In this document: positions 13,570 through 27,100 of the stretch, piece by piece
Layout of the letters: every line of letters begins with the position of its first letter
Numbering within the stretch: position 1 is the stretch's first letter
NCBI GenBank assembly: GCA_002189035.1
Contig: CM007989.1
Location: 3,286,001 to 3,350,000 of the forward strand
From: Utricularia gibba
Lineage: Eukaryota; Plantae; Magnoliophyta
Reading direction: 5' to 3'
DNA length: 64,000 bases
Program-made: the position numbers and the translations under genes
The notes under the pieces: generated by a model
What the model saw: only the letters and a program-made list of their open reading frames with translations
Databases searched by the model: none
Told to the model about the DNA's origin: nothing

Positions 13570-14072
13570 TTCCACCACCTCTTCGATTTTTTGACTTCCT
13601 CGCAGCTCGGCATAAGATATTGCCAGCCTGCAGCAACATCTTTCGGGGACGCAGAGGCTGCTTGCGCAGCAGCAGCAGCAGCAAGGAGTAAATTCAGGTT
13701 GTAAGAGTAGAAGTTGACGTGTAAGTGATCTGGATCATTGCTAACCGTGTATTGGATTGCGCAATTAGTTGTTGCTTGTTGTATATATAGAAGATGATTG
13801 TCCTGAATTGTATGTAGAAGGTGAACAGACACATTTGTAGCTTGCTACAGATCTTTTTTGTTTCATTCTTGGTGATTTATATGAATCACATCATGGCATT
13901 TTGGGTCCATTTTCCAACTGCAATGGCTGTAATCTCACATATTCTCTAGTACCAGAAATCTAAACTCTAAACTGAGTTAAGGGTCTCGTTTTTTTCTTGA
14001 AAACATGGAGATGTTCCACAGAAGGTTTTTTACAAGAATGAGTGTGTAGAGAAGCAGAGTCTGGAACGTGAG

Positions 14073-16109
14073 TCAACCAATAACATTGCACTCTAATGTT
14101 CTCTCTGCAAGCAGCACATCCTCAATCCATGCGACAATGTTGAACGCCATTCCTTCTAATACCCTTGAGTAACTCTCAAGCACAGCTTGTCCGACGTCCT
14201 GCCAAAAGCAAACAGACCATTAAGGAATCTGAACTTCGAGCCTTGATGAATTCGTCTCTAACTTGCCTTATTATACTGGATTTTGCTTGTGTCAAGTGTA
14301 GTTTGTGAAAGCTCAGGGTATCTTTGCTTCAAATAGAAGAGCAAAGCTTCTGCTCTTTCTGCAAGCAGATAGTTTTTGTGGCATTTCCCCGTTTCCGAGA
14401 TGAACTCTTTCATCATTTCCCACGATGATTTAGAGTAGGCTGCACAGATTTTCCGGCGCCATATGTACACAGATGCTTCAATCTTGTCCGCAAGCTCAAG
14501 GGCCTCATGTTCAGTGGTTATGTTGAGAGACTCAAGCAGGTAATTTGGTGAGAATTTTTCTGCATTGCACATATAGCGGTAGATGTCATCTCCGACATTT
14601 CCTCTTCCACTCTGTTGTCACAACATGAAAAGAGATGCTCAGATGAAGACTTGAACACATTGGCAAGTAAATGACAGTTAGCAGCAGGCTCAAAAGAGAA
14701 TGATTGCACTACCTTAGGAAGTGAAGCAAAATATGATTCTGGGATGTGCATTTCTGAGAGGATTTCATTGTTAATAGCCATTGCGGCCTTGTAAATCTGG
14801 TTAGCAAAGCTACGTTTCTGCTTCAAAAGCTTCCTGAATTTCTCAGAAAACCCATTTTCAGGGATGATTGGAACTGGAAGCCACCATTTTTCTTCTTTTC
14901 TTGGAGTCGATGGCTGAATTATTCTCCTAAATGACCCTGAACGACTAGAATTTGCTGAAATGCTTCCCTGTTCCGCATAACTAAACTCTGTCTCCTTAAA
15001 GCTATCCAATATTTCCTGCAAACAGTTATGAGCTTGAAAATTGCGTAAGTTAAACACATGGAGAATCCAGTGCTGTGCACAAAACAGGACTAGCAAGGTG
15101 GATTCTTGCATTACCAGGAGCATTGCATCTAGTTTCTTCAGTGCTGGGAGGTTAATGTAAATGTCTGGCCTTGGCCTACTTGTCATCACCTGGAATCATA
15201 CATTATATTCTCATCAGTTAAATCGATATCACAATCAAGAAACACAACTTGGATCCAACCTCTATGGTTCTTCCATCTTCTAAAGACTGCAAAGTTGGGG
15301 CAAATTCTAGAATGTAGTCACAGACAGACAAGAGGCAGTTCATTTCTCTTTTCCACATCAGTTTCTTCTCAGGATCCAGAGGCTCTAATCTGTGGTGCTG
15401 GCCAAATACAGAAGCTGCATTCATCATGAACACTGCTGAATCGTGACTGAAAAAATTACCACTGATATGGAGCAATGTATCGTCCCACAGACAACCAAGT
15501 TCTTAGTTTATACCATAGAGGTTGGTGATTGCATTTGATATTGTCACAGCACTGCAGACTCCTAATCCACTTCCAGACATGTCTTCCCCCAGCAGAAGTT
15601 TTGAAAATCTCTCCTTCATCAACTCCATCTCTGCAAGCATTCCACTCTGAGTGCAGTTTTTCATCATTTGAAAAAGGCATATTCATGAACTAAGCATATC
15701 AAAAAATCAGTAGAAACCAGACATGTTTTATGTTTTCGAGAAAAGACGAAATGTGTACAGTTTAGTAACTAAAATGAAGAACCCAGACTTGAAGAGCAGG
15801 AACTGGATCTTCACCTAAATCAGCAATCTCTTGATCACCATGTTGGCGACGTATCCTAAGTTTGGACAGAGCTCTACGAGCAGGGGTCTTCAGTTCTCGC
15901 CAGCTAATTGGAGAATTGATTTCGGAAGAGCTGTTATCTGATAAGGCAGATGCCCCAGAATTACTCCTAATGTAGCCCAATGAATCTCCACTCAGACGCG
16001 AGTAACTCATCGTTTCTGTTGCAGAAAGATCAGTTTCATCCAATGAAGAGCGCCAAGATTGAAATCCTCCCATTTCCAAGTTCTCATCAGAAACACATCC
16101 GCTGTCCAT
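14073..16109 (-). CDS. ROPGEF3: Rop guanine nucleotide exchange factor (PRONE domain), ROPGEF2/3/4 clade
   Basis: PRONE motifs [83 protein letters not shown]|[31 protein letters not shown] fits the GEF2/3/4 clade; the exact paralogue is uncertain. Confidence 0.9.
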
Positions 16110-17084
16110 TTTACAACACACCCCTCCTCAGTTCCAGGACTCTGAAAATAAAGAAGTTGAGTTTGATATACACAGAATCAAGAACTTGGAACAGGGGGGG
16201 CGTTTGAAAATTGAACATTTGAATGCATTGCTGCCCGGGAACTTACTCATAAAGAACAAAGTAACGCAGAAAACAAATGGGTCCTTTCCCTTTACAAGAA
16301 AAAGAAGCAAACTGGTGACTGTTCTTTATACTAGAAATTTGAACTGGTCAATGAAACGAATGAAAAGAGGCAAAGCTGAGCAATAGAAGGATTTAAAAAC
16401 CCCATAAAAACGCAGACGTCGACGGTTACAGTATCAGAGAAAACAACTTTTAAATGGCGACAAAGATTTCGGAATTTGAAAGTTGGCAAATTTGAGAACC
16501 TTGAACAAGGAATCCCTTGAGGATCCGCGGGTTTTTCAGTTTCCAAACCCCGCTACCGATTTGGCGCATTTACCTTTTTCGCTTCTGCATCTCGCTCACA
16601 GCATCACTTCAAAAAGACCATCTTCAGGAAGAAGATTCTTGATCAAGAAAACTGAAACTGAAGAAGGTAACAGCAGAAGAGAAAGTAGTTTGGGACTTGA
16701 TTTATGCGCGCCTTCGACAGTTGGGGCATATATATATATATGCTCGCTTCACTACTAGTTGAAACAAGAACCAGGGAAAAGTTTCCCTACTCTTGCTCTG
16801 TTCTTCAGAAACTGAACAAAAATCTATTCTTTCCATCCGATTCCAACTTTTCTTGATTCAGAGGGAAGAGCCCCAAGAACCTTCGTTGAGTTAAACTAAA
16901 TTAAAACAGTCTTCAGATTGGACGGCTCGAATCCATAGAACAGTGTGCGCCTCCACTTGAAAACACAGAGTGATGTGATTCATACTCTAGTATTTTATTA
17001 CACAGTAAAGTAGAAGACGAAGAAGAGAGAGAAAGCCGATTAGGACAACACACTACTACATTCTTCTATGTTGATTACAGCTGA

Positions 17085-17948
17085 TTAATTTCCACATGAA
17101 AAGATACGCTTCCACCACTTCATTTGTTCGTAGATCCAACTCTCCTTCCCATCACCACCTTCGCCTTCTTCCTTCGCACATTCCATCTCCTTTCGTGGAA
17201 CAATGGCCTGCACCATGCCATGAAGTAATGCAAAAGGACAATGGTTTTTAAAATGTAGTGAGATAAAAGGGGCATTTTACGTGTTTTGATCGATCCAGGT
17301 TTATATTCGGGATGAACTTCAACCCCAGTGTTAGCTGCCCTTGGTATGTGCCATCTTCAAGAACCACGTTGAATGGAGATGGTTTCAGTTCAACCAATCC
17401 TCTGTAACTTCCTTCCGCAATTATCCCTTTAAGGAAAATCCTGGAACAAGTTTTCTTTTTCATGTAAACAGAGAGATCACAAACCGAAGAACTCGAGGGG
17501 CTAGGAAATGCTAAGCAAGACAAGAGCTTACATGACTTCCCCAACAAACTCATCATCAAACAGATACTCCTCGCTCACGATCTTCAGTTTAAGGTGGCTG
17601 AGAGCTTCCACCTCTGACTGCACCATTCGAAATGTGAACTTCTCGTTCCAATAGACCCTTTCTAAGCTCTCTGTCGAGACGATGAATTCTCAGAAAGAGT
17701 TCCATAGTACTAGAGACGATAACCTGTACTTCAACTCACCCAATGAAGCCTTGCTTCGCAACACCTGAGAGCCACATTCCAGCTCAACACGATAAGCACT
17801 GTTCCCTGTTTCGGAAACACCAGGATCATACTACATGAATCCCGGGGTGCATAAGAAAAGCAAAAGCGCGATCATGGTTACCAAGTAAGCTGGTGCCAGC
17901 GACCCCTTCTGCACTAACGAGAAATACTTCAAGAACGGCGCCTCTCAT
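17085..17948 (-). CDS. C2 (calcium-dependent lipid-binding) domain protein, elicitor-responsive-like
   Basis: Spliced: MRGAVLEVFLVSAEG...G|NSAYRVELECGSQVLRSKAS|ESLERVYWNEKFTF...LKLKIVSEEYLFDDEFVGEVI|IFLKGIIAEG...PFNVVLEDGTYQGQLTLGLKF. The last exon ending WKRIFSCGN* is less certain. Confidence 0.82.
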
Positions 17949-18449
17949 GCTACCCAGCCAAAGTAGTTGAACGCAGACACAGAGAGAGAGGACTTTAAAT
18001 GGAGAAAAAACACTTAACATTGTTCAACTCCAAATTAAATGCAGGGAGTTACGGTAAGTTTTGTTACACAAATTCAACTAATTTCGAGACCTTAATTTAT
18101 GTGTCATACGTTACGTTTGCATCATTAATGGAAAACATTAGGAATCGAAACCATATTAAAATTATCGATATATTAAAATAATGAATAATAATAAGAATAA
18201 TCATGGTTTGAGCGTTCTTAGAATTCTAATACAAGGTTATCTTTGAGATTCAAACTGATAAGCTTTTTGCAACTAGAATATTTATGATTTATAAGATATC
18301 GCAAAATTTATATCGTACAAGGAGCATCCAAACCATATTATAATTTTCGAACACTAGTAGTCAATTGACTGACAATGTGATTATTCGAAATAAATAAGTA
18401 TTACTAAAAAATAATAATAGAATTACTATATTTTAAATTCAGAAAAAAA

Positions 18450-19710
18450 TTAGGAATCAAAATTACGATTTGAGCCCCCCTTGTCACAGATCTCTGTAGC
18501 CGGCGGTGCGTCCCAGTGCTCCGATAGCCTCCGCATCTTTTCAAGTTCCTGAATACAGCGGCTGATGGTCATACTACCGAAGTGTTTTCGAACGGCGGCC
18601 AGGTTCTCCCCTGCGGCGTCATCGAACATCTTCTCCCATCCATCTTCCCATCCGCCACTCGCGTCGCAGACCTCCATTCGATCGCGCTTCCACTCGGCCT
18701 CCTTCCATAGCCGGCCCGGATAGTGCAGCCCCTGTTTCCCGCAAGATCCTACGCATACGGGGGTACACGGCCTGCAGTAGGATCCATTTTGGGGACCGGG
18801 GTTCGTCAACGCCACTACCGGCGCCATTTGAGATTTTGGAGGAAATTCGAATCTATGATCCGTCAAGATGCAGAAGGGGACCGGAACCCTAGCGATCTTA
18901 ATACCTAGGGTTTTAAATTGGGCCCTGTAAGCCGACTCCGAGAAGAGCCACCGGTAGCCGGCACGTTTAAGGCGGCTAAGTGAAGAAAGCCTGGATAGGG
19001 CAACCACTGAAGTTCTGTAGTTGCCCACTCCGAAACGATCGTTCAACCCTTTATAATTCGAACCATCCGGGACTGTGTATTTGCCCACTTTGAAGCTCCC
19101 GGCGCCCAAGTCGTCGGACCAGTAGCTATCGACGCGAGCCCGGATGATCCAGTTGTATGTGAAGTTGTGCTCTGCTTGATGGGCGTTTATGAGCGTCAAG
19201 CATCCCTCTACCAGGTTCAAGTACTGCAACAGGCCCTACAAAGGAGAAGAATCTTGCGTCATAACTCCCAGATATGCAAGAAAGTAAGACATGGTAGAAG
19301 AGTCAAACCTGAACATCAGGTTTAGACCCGAAAATCCGCCGTGTTGTGGCATTTTCAGGTATGGGTTGCTGCTCGAATATCCTGACGGAGGCGATCCTGG
19401 GAGCCTCGTTCAACAGGTGAAGCTTGTAGGCATTCGAATCGAGGGGACAGTGCAGAAAAAGATCCGAATTCGGGTATACTCTGAGGATCCGATCAACTAT
19501 CGAAGGTCCGGTGAGTTCGAATCTCCGAGCACCGCCAACTAAACAAACCGCTATTCTGGAAACGTTTAACGGAATCGGCGGCTCGGATTCAGATATATAA
19601 AAGAAGCTGAACGGGAAAGACGTCGAGACGAAGTAGCCGCCGATCAAGAGAGCAGCACAGATGATGATGGTTACCTGGGACTTTATGGGTAGTGTCGGAA
19701 ACCGAAGCAT
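18450..19710 (-). CDS. Conserved uncharacterised plant type II membrane protein (2 exons)
   Basis: ORFs 19303-19710 and 18450-19229 join through one GT-AG intron (DVQ|GLLQYLNLVEGC). N-terminal TM anchor, then RIAVCLVGGARRFELTGPSI, WIIRARVDSYW, GLNDRFGVG and a Cys-rich C-terminal part. Confidence 0.85.
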
Positions 19711-20192
19711 GGCTTTTGATTTGCAGAAAGCACGCTGGAGGAGGGAAACAAATCAACAAAAGGAAGAAAAACGAAGCTTGAGTGGTGCAGAAAGATAGGA
19801 CTGGAATGAGAAAGACTAATGATTGGAACAGAAGAGGAAAGACGATAAGGGCGATTTTTTTTTTTTTTTTTTTGTCTTCTGTCTTGCAAAAGAATAAAGA
19901 GACTTTCACCGATGTCCATGCTTGGATCATTCCGATCATAAAACTACGGTCAGCGCACGGCGCCGGCAACTTTCAAAGGCGGCGGTCATCTGATCTTACA
20001 ATTTTCATATAATTAATAACTAGAATAAAAAATCATAAATTTCCAAAATCGATCTCCCTGCTCCTGTCTGTTTTGATACATCTTGATCTTCGTATCTAAC
20101 AAGAGATCTTGGCCTTCCGCCCCCGTGTCGCAGAGTCTGCTGCGGCTGCTCTGCTCCTTTCGGACATCGAACTGCACACGGCCCACGGCGCT

Positions 20193-21812
20193 TCACTCGA
20201 CTTCTTCGAATGTCCCGTAGGAGGGTGAGTATGCATGGGGGACCTCCAGCGACACAGCCCTCTGGATGGCAGCCCGGTGCTCCTGCCGGTGTTCCTTCTG
20301 CAACGAGACTTGTCGCTCCATCCTCTGGGCAGCCGGAATGCCCATAATCTCTTCCTTCTCGAGCATAGCCTGCAGTAAGGGAAGGTCGGGGCATCCGTCA
20401 GCAACACCTCTAACCCGGATTCACAAGGATCGAAGTGAGACTGAGCAACGCACGCGAAGGACCCTATCGGATTCTCGTATTATGCAGATCAAAGCATGGT
20501 CCCTGGTCAAGTTGCAGGAAAGGACTATGTGCTCAAAACGCCCGTCCACGGGGACCGCCGTCCTCACAATCGGCGAGATCTTCTTACACCTGGGCATCAA
20601 ACATAGAGAGAAGGTAAGGTGGTCTCCTATGATCAGCTGAACTGCAGGCTGTGTAACCCAGAGAGAGTACCTGAATGGCTTTCGAATGATGATGTGATAG
20701 AGACGACCCGGTGCGTAGAGTCGTCTTGGATCTTGAAGCATTTTCTCCTCCAGTGTGCATGTGTCTTTCACGCACATTATGCAGAGCAAACATGGGAAAC
20801 TATGAAAACAACAGTGCCAAATCAGCTGATCATATCAGTACAGTACCATCATGTTATGGAAAAACCAGAACAAAGAAAACAATACAAAAGGTGATAGCTT
20901 CATTCATTACCAGAGAAGTGATTTGAAGACATTCTCTAGTGCTACCGTCGTCCGTGGCAAGAAATCATCCTGTCATCAAAAGTATCAGGAAGCCAGCATA
21001 AAAAAAAACACCCAGAAGTGATTAAAGGGAGACAGCAACACATACATCAGATATGTTTTAAAACCGTCATACAGCATATTGCAATTGATAGCAAATGAAA
21101 TAGTAACCTGCAGCACGACAGAACTAATGACATCTGCATATCGGACAGCCAAGTTTAACGATATACACCTTGCCGGAGCAATTGCAAAACATCTTATTCT
21201 CTTTCTCTCTATATACCCCAGCTTATCACGATTCTTAACAGCCAGCATAGTTAGCAGCGTCACGACTCCGGATCCAAGAGAATGTCCAGTAAATGTCAAT
21301 GTATAATGCGGATACTTCTCAACTAGCTCCCTTAGGATCTCACACTCTTCTTGGAAGACATATTCGGCTGCCTTCAAAAGACCATTGTGAACATAGCCAC
21401 CATCATATGTCGTCTGTCCAAGCTTGTTGTCAAGTAACAGGAGAAAATCACTCTCCTTGGCCAAATCAAGGCCCCTCACTGCCAAAACTATATCTGAATT
21501 ATCGTGATCCAGATAAATCATGTAAGGGGACACTCTACCGTTTGAAATTGCATGATCTTTTTTAAACAAAATGCAATCACGCTTCATGGCATATCCACCA
21601 GGGGGAGGCCAAGCTGGATTATCTATGTCATCTTCGTAAATAGATAAAATGTATTTACAAAGGCGAGGGACGGGCTCAAACTCTGTTGCAGTAGCCAGGC
21701 CCCAATTTTCACTCTCACGCCCTGAAGTATAAAGGTATTTCTTCCATACCCAACGGACACAAGCTAAACAAGAAACGCACTCAACCAATGGAACACAGCA
21801 AGCAACTGACAT
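20193..21812 (-). CDS. Class 3 lipase / alpha-beta hydrolase (Lipase3_N + Lipase_3), 5 exons
   Basis: MSVACCVPLVECV...ESENWGLAT; nucleophile motif TFTGHSLGSG; VLQ|DDFLPRT; RLYAPGRLYHII; PVDGRFEHIVLSCN; C-terminal QRAVSLEVPHAYSPSYGTFEEVE*. Confidence 0.9.
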
Positions 21813-22233
21813 AGAAGATAGAACAGTATTTATAATCCCACAGACTTGAGTATCTGAAAGGAATCCCACCAAGTAACCGACAGCCGATCACCTACCATTA
21901 AGGCGCAGATGATCGGAAATATGATTACCAAACCTTTCTACATCCTCTTTAACAGAAAAATTGAAACTTTTCATCCAAAACTGCTCATGAAACGGAACAG
22001 CATCACCCATATGTACTTGGATACACAGAGTTCCCCAGGGACACAAATAGGGAAACAAACGGCATCAAAAGAGAAAATTTAAAGATTCAAAAGAGAAAAA
22101 AAAGAAGATAACTTGGGAAAATGAACCAAAGGAAATCAATGAAACCCAGAAAGATGTATCACTGTGAAGAAGTCGGTAACGCAGTTACTAGCTTGTCGGA
22201 GTCAATGCCAGCCGAGGAATACGGGGACCTTTT

Positions 22234-22526
22234 ATTGGGGCCAGAATCAAAACAGTTTATGCCTTTGATTCGTAGTAGAGCGCGAGGAGTCGCACATCAG
22301 CACGTGGTTGAGGTAAATCACCTAACACCAAAACGAAGGTGAAGACTTGATTTTTATATGAACCCATCGTTCTTCCTTCTATTGGGGCCAGAATCAAAAC
22401 AGTTTACGCCTTTGATTTGTAGTAGAGCGCGAGGAGTTGCACTGCAGCACGTGGTTGAGGTAAATCACCTACCACCGAAACGAAGGTAAAAACTTGATTT
22501 TTATATGAACCCATCGTCTTCCTTCT
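22234..22526. repeat. Two-copy direct tandem duplication, 147-bp period, upstream of the lipase gene
   Basis: attggggccagaatcaaaacagttta... starts at 22234 and 22381. Each unit carries CACGTG (22301, 22448) and a minus-strand TATAAAA. Confidence 0.9.
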
Positions 22527-23842
22527 CCGTTCCGGCCATAATCAGGAACAACAGATTCATGTATGAATTAGGAATATATCATGGATTTGATAATTGTTAT
22601 CTGAAGCCAAATCTGAAGTCTTTCAATGGAGCAGATTACTAATTTCGGATGCTTTATAGAAAATTAAAAAATATATAAATTAAAATAGATACCGACAAGA
22701 GCCTCACTCATGAACTGTGTTACAAATTGGGTTCCGGAGGGATGCCGTCTGCGGAGACATCGCCGGAGTTCCGATGGAGGATCCAATGGCGTTTCCCCGG
22801 AGGGGGCGGCCCCATGAAGATTGCTCATTCCAGGATTCTACTTTCTGCAAAATGGGGTGTACTGTCAGAGACCTTCGTCCACAAAATATCTAGGTGTGGT
22901 TGTTGCCCCGCCCCCCTTTCCTTCACCCTTTTCCTGTGTTTACTTCGTGGGGTTTTGGTATGTCGAGGGCCATTTGAAGTTTCTTTTCTTCGGTTATTGG
23001 CATAGGAAACCGACAAATCTCTTGCTTTTTGAGATTCTTCTGCATTCGCTTGTTCTGATGAGTTTACACCCTTTTGTTCTAATTTATGTGGGGGTTTAAT
23101 GGTTTGTGAGTCCTTTTGTCTTTTTTTTCTCATTTGCCTTCTTTCCAAGTCAACTTTGCTTCCCTTGGTCGGTAGTTATAGTATACTCCAGGGCTTTTCA
23201 TGCTGAAAAATGGTGATGCTCACTGTGTATTGCAAATCTGCTAAGGACTTCCTTGACAATCAGCCCTTCTATGATCCGGCACACTTTTGCCCTTGTGAAT
23301 GTGATTCTGTTATTGTTTTCATTTACCTTTTAAGTTTGGATATTGCTGCAAAAATGGCTCTTGGGGACTCCCATTCTCGATCCAATAACAGCATAGAATA
23401 AGTGCTATATGATACCACTGTTAGATATGTTGTCCTCAAATTGCAGTTGTGACAAGTAAAGGGCTGGTAACAGTCTGTAGAAGTAAAACTAACAAAAAGC
23501 TGTATCTTTGAATTGCTATCATTGAGATTGTTTTTGGGGCATGTTTGAGCACTGGGCGGTCTCTATGAAATGAATTGTGCTTGATATCAACAAATATCCT
23601 CACCGCAGGAATGAGGCTTTTGATGGATTTATGCAACCAAGCAGGGGACCGAATGGTGGCGCCGGATAAACGCTGTAGTGGCGGCCTTTCGAACGGACTG
23701 AAGTTTATAAGGCATCAACAAGATACAAAACCAGCCACAAATCTTCTCATTGATAATGTATCTTTGATCATTCTCCATGATCAAGCCACACAGGTTGTTG
23801 GTGGTGGCTCAGCCTTTGAATGGGACTTCGTCACTTTCAGGT

Positions 23843-24072
23843 GGTGGAAGTAGACTTGTATCCATGATACCCCTTTGCTGCTGAAAGTCCATAGCTCGGG
23901 ACCTCAGGTTTCAGCGAATTTTCGCAACAGAAGTACATGGATCATCATCACCCTCGGTGGAAGTAGACTTGTGTCCAAGACGCCCCTTTGCTGCTGAAAG
24001 TCCATAGCTCGGGACCTCAAGTATCCGAGAATTTTTCCTATTAAAAGAAGTATATGAATCATCATCACCCTC
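23843..24072. repeat. Two-copy direct tandem duplication of ~113-117 bp
   Basis: ggtggaagtagacttgt...cccctttgctgctgaaagtccatagctcgggacctca...atcatcatcaccctc starts at 23843 and 23956. Confidence 0.88.
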
Positions 24073-24197
24073 ATTATTATTGACATGCTTCTCGAAAACA
24101 TTTGTTTATAGAAAAGTTCATGCGCAAAAATGAGTAGGAAAACACTGCAATACAATTTTTTATTTCAAAGCACCTTTCTTCTCAAGGGATGATTAGA

Positions 24198-27100
24198 TCA
24201 GAATTTCTTTGAAATCTTCTTCAGGGTAGCAATTACATCATTTATCTGCATTCTGTCGTGTGGGTTTTCCATGGAGCACTTCAGGGCCAACTCAAACACC
24301 GATGATAAGCAATCTAATTTCACACTCAAATCCACATCTCCATGGTTCAGCAATCTTGGATCTGCTATCTGTGTTACTCTATGAGGTATGGATTGCCTTA
24401 CAAAATTCCTCAATGTTAAATCTCCTGCAAATTGGTCGTCATTGGGTTTTCTTCCAGTGAATACCTCCATGAGCACTATCCCCAAGCTAAACACATCACA
24501 TCTTGTTGAAACTAAACCTTCAGATCCATACTCTACATCATAAAAGCAGATCCTAAGTGCATTTTGATTCACAATATGAACGCATTCAAAACATACAGAA
24601 TGTTTATGCACCTGGTGCGATGTAACCCCACGTTGCAAACGTAGATGTTTGAACAAAGCCACCATCCGTTGTCTCTACTAACAGCTTTGCAATCCCGAAG
24701 TCGCTCAAGTGGGCAGTCATATCCCCATCCAAAAGTATGTTACTTGGTTTTAGATCACAATGTGCAATGGGAGTGGCATAGCCATGGTGGAGATACTCAA
24801 GCGCACAAGCAACGTCAAACATAATAGAAAACCTTTGCTTGATATTCAAGAACTGGTTTTCTGCATAGAGCCACATGCCAAGATTCCCATTTGGCATGTA
24901 CTCCAAGACGATTGCCTTGAAATCTTCATTAGAACAAACACTTACAACTTTGCACAAGTTTCTATGGCGAAGGTTTCGCAGTACTTCACATTCCACGGTG
25001 AAGCTCCTTGGGGCCGCTTGCATTTGCAAGTTGAAGACTTTAACTGCGAAAGTCCCTTCATCGGGAAAAACCCCTTTATAGACCGACCCAAATGCTCCGG
25101 TGCCTATCAAGTGCTCAACGTCGAAATTCTCTGTTGCTTTAAGAATATCGTAGTATGATATCCGAGTGTGAAGCATATCATCCAATGGCTGGTTGTTTTT
25201 GACCCGAACACCATCGCTCCTTCTCAATCTCGACCACCAGATGTACATCAAGAACAGAGCAAAAGCAATCACGAAAAGAGATGATACTGCAAGGGCAAGA
25301 ATCATTTTTTTCTTTTGGGGTATGTGTTTCAAGGCCTTACATCGAGTAAGAGGTTTGCCACAGAGCCCTTCATTCGATTCAAAGAAGTCGTAAGAGAAGT
25401 TCTGAAAAGGGCCTTCTGTTGGAATTTCCCCACGTAAATTGTTGAAGGAGACATCGAAGGTGACGAGACTTGAAACTCCTGCCAAAGCTATTGGGATGCC
25501 CCCGGAAAGATGATTGTGAGATAAATTCACTCTTTCCAGACTCAATATACTGCCAAGTGACTCTGGAATCACGCCCACAAAATCATTGTATGCTAATGAA
25601 AAGTCAGTCAATCTTTGCATATCTCCAATGGAAGATGGAATACCACCGAAAAAATGATTTACCGACAGATCGATAACATTTACCTCCTGTAAGTTACCGA
25701 CATCCGATGCAAGAGAACCAGTCAAGAGATTGCCAGATAAGTCCACCCCCAGAATACCTCTGAGTTTCCAAAAGCTTGATGGTATCGTAGATTCCAGTTT
25801 ATTGCCCCAGACGGATAGTTGTCTCAGACTTGTGAGATTTCCAATGCATGCAGGAATAACGCCACCAATGTGATTTTGATAAAGATACATGAAACCCATA
25901 TTCTCCAAGACGCAGAGACCATTTGGTATGAAGCCACTTATGATGTTTTCGCTCAGATCCAATGTTTGAAGATTTTGAAGCTTCTCCAACGTGCTGGGAA
26001 TGGATCCTGTCAAGTTATTGTGTCTCAGATCTAACTGGAGCAAGCCAGTAAGATTCCCAAACTCCACCGGAATGGGTCCATGGAGACCGCAGTCGAAGCA
26101 TTCAAACTGCTCAAGCGAAGTAGATAAGTTACCCACTGCGTTTGGAAGTGCTGCCATGAGAGGATTACGTGATAGTGTTAACACACTGAGATTTCCACAG
26201 TTTGCAAGTGGAGCAAGAAAGCTTAATGCGGATGATTCACCAGTAAAATTATTTTCTTCAAAGTTTGCTATTGTTAGCAGTCTCATCTCTCCCATGGTGC
26301 TTGGGATAATTCCACCAAAATGATTACGAGGGACATCCAGAATCTGGAGACTGGAGCAGTTGGAAATGGATAGTGGAAGCTCCCCAGATAATTCATTAAC
26401 ACCCAAGTAAAGCTCCATCAGATTAGGAAGTCCAAGACAAAAATCCCCAGGAAGTTTCCCATTAATTTGATTTCGATCAATGGAAAGGACCTCAAGAGCT
26501 GTAATGTTCAAGATACGACTTGGTATTTCTCCCATCAAGTTATTGTTACTTGCATCAAACACCCGCAGTTTACCAAGTCCTCCCAACTCATGTGGGATTG
26601 TGCCTGGAGATACACACACATCAAACAACAATGGAAATGAATGAAATGACAAAGAGATGTACTCTGAATGTTGGTTTTGGAGCATCTTTTGGGTACCTGT
26701 GAGATTATTGTCTGCGATCTCCATCCTCTGTAAGTTGGTCAAATTAGAGAATGACGAAGGAATGCTTCCTGTTATGTTATTCTCCTGTGCATTCAAAACC
26801 TCCAGAGCCCTCCATTCCCCTATCGCTTTGGGGATCTCACCAACAAGTCTGTTTTGAGCTAAGTAGATCTGCGTAAGCTGCGCAGATGGGGAGCTCATGT
26901 CTGCGGGAATGGTGCCACTCAACCTATTCGTTGACAAATCGAGCATCTGTAACTGTGCATACGCCGAAAGGTTGGAAGGTATCTGTCCTTCCAACATGTT
27001 GTCATTCAGTATCATAAATTTGATCTTCGGAATCCCAGAGCAGGGATGGGAGGGGATGCTGCCGGAAAAATGATTAGACCGAAGGCCGAGAAGCAATAAG

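Noticed and set aside
20020-20407. ORFs of 103-124 aa extending beyond the lipase stop
   Set aside because: These are alternative frames of the last lipase exon. The homologous frame ends at TGA 20193-20195.
23700-23760. Minus-strand INEKICGWF resembling the MULE segment INDKVCDWF
   Set aside because: A nine-residue match with no flanking transposase similarity; probably chance.
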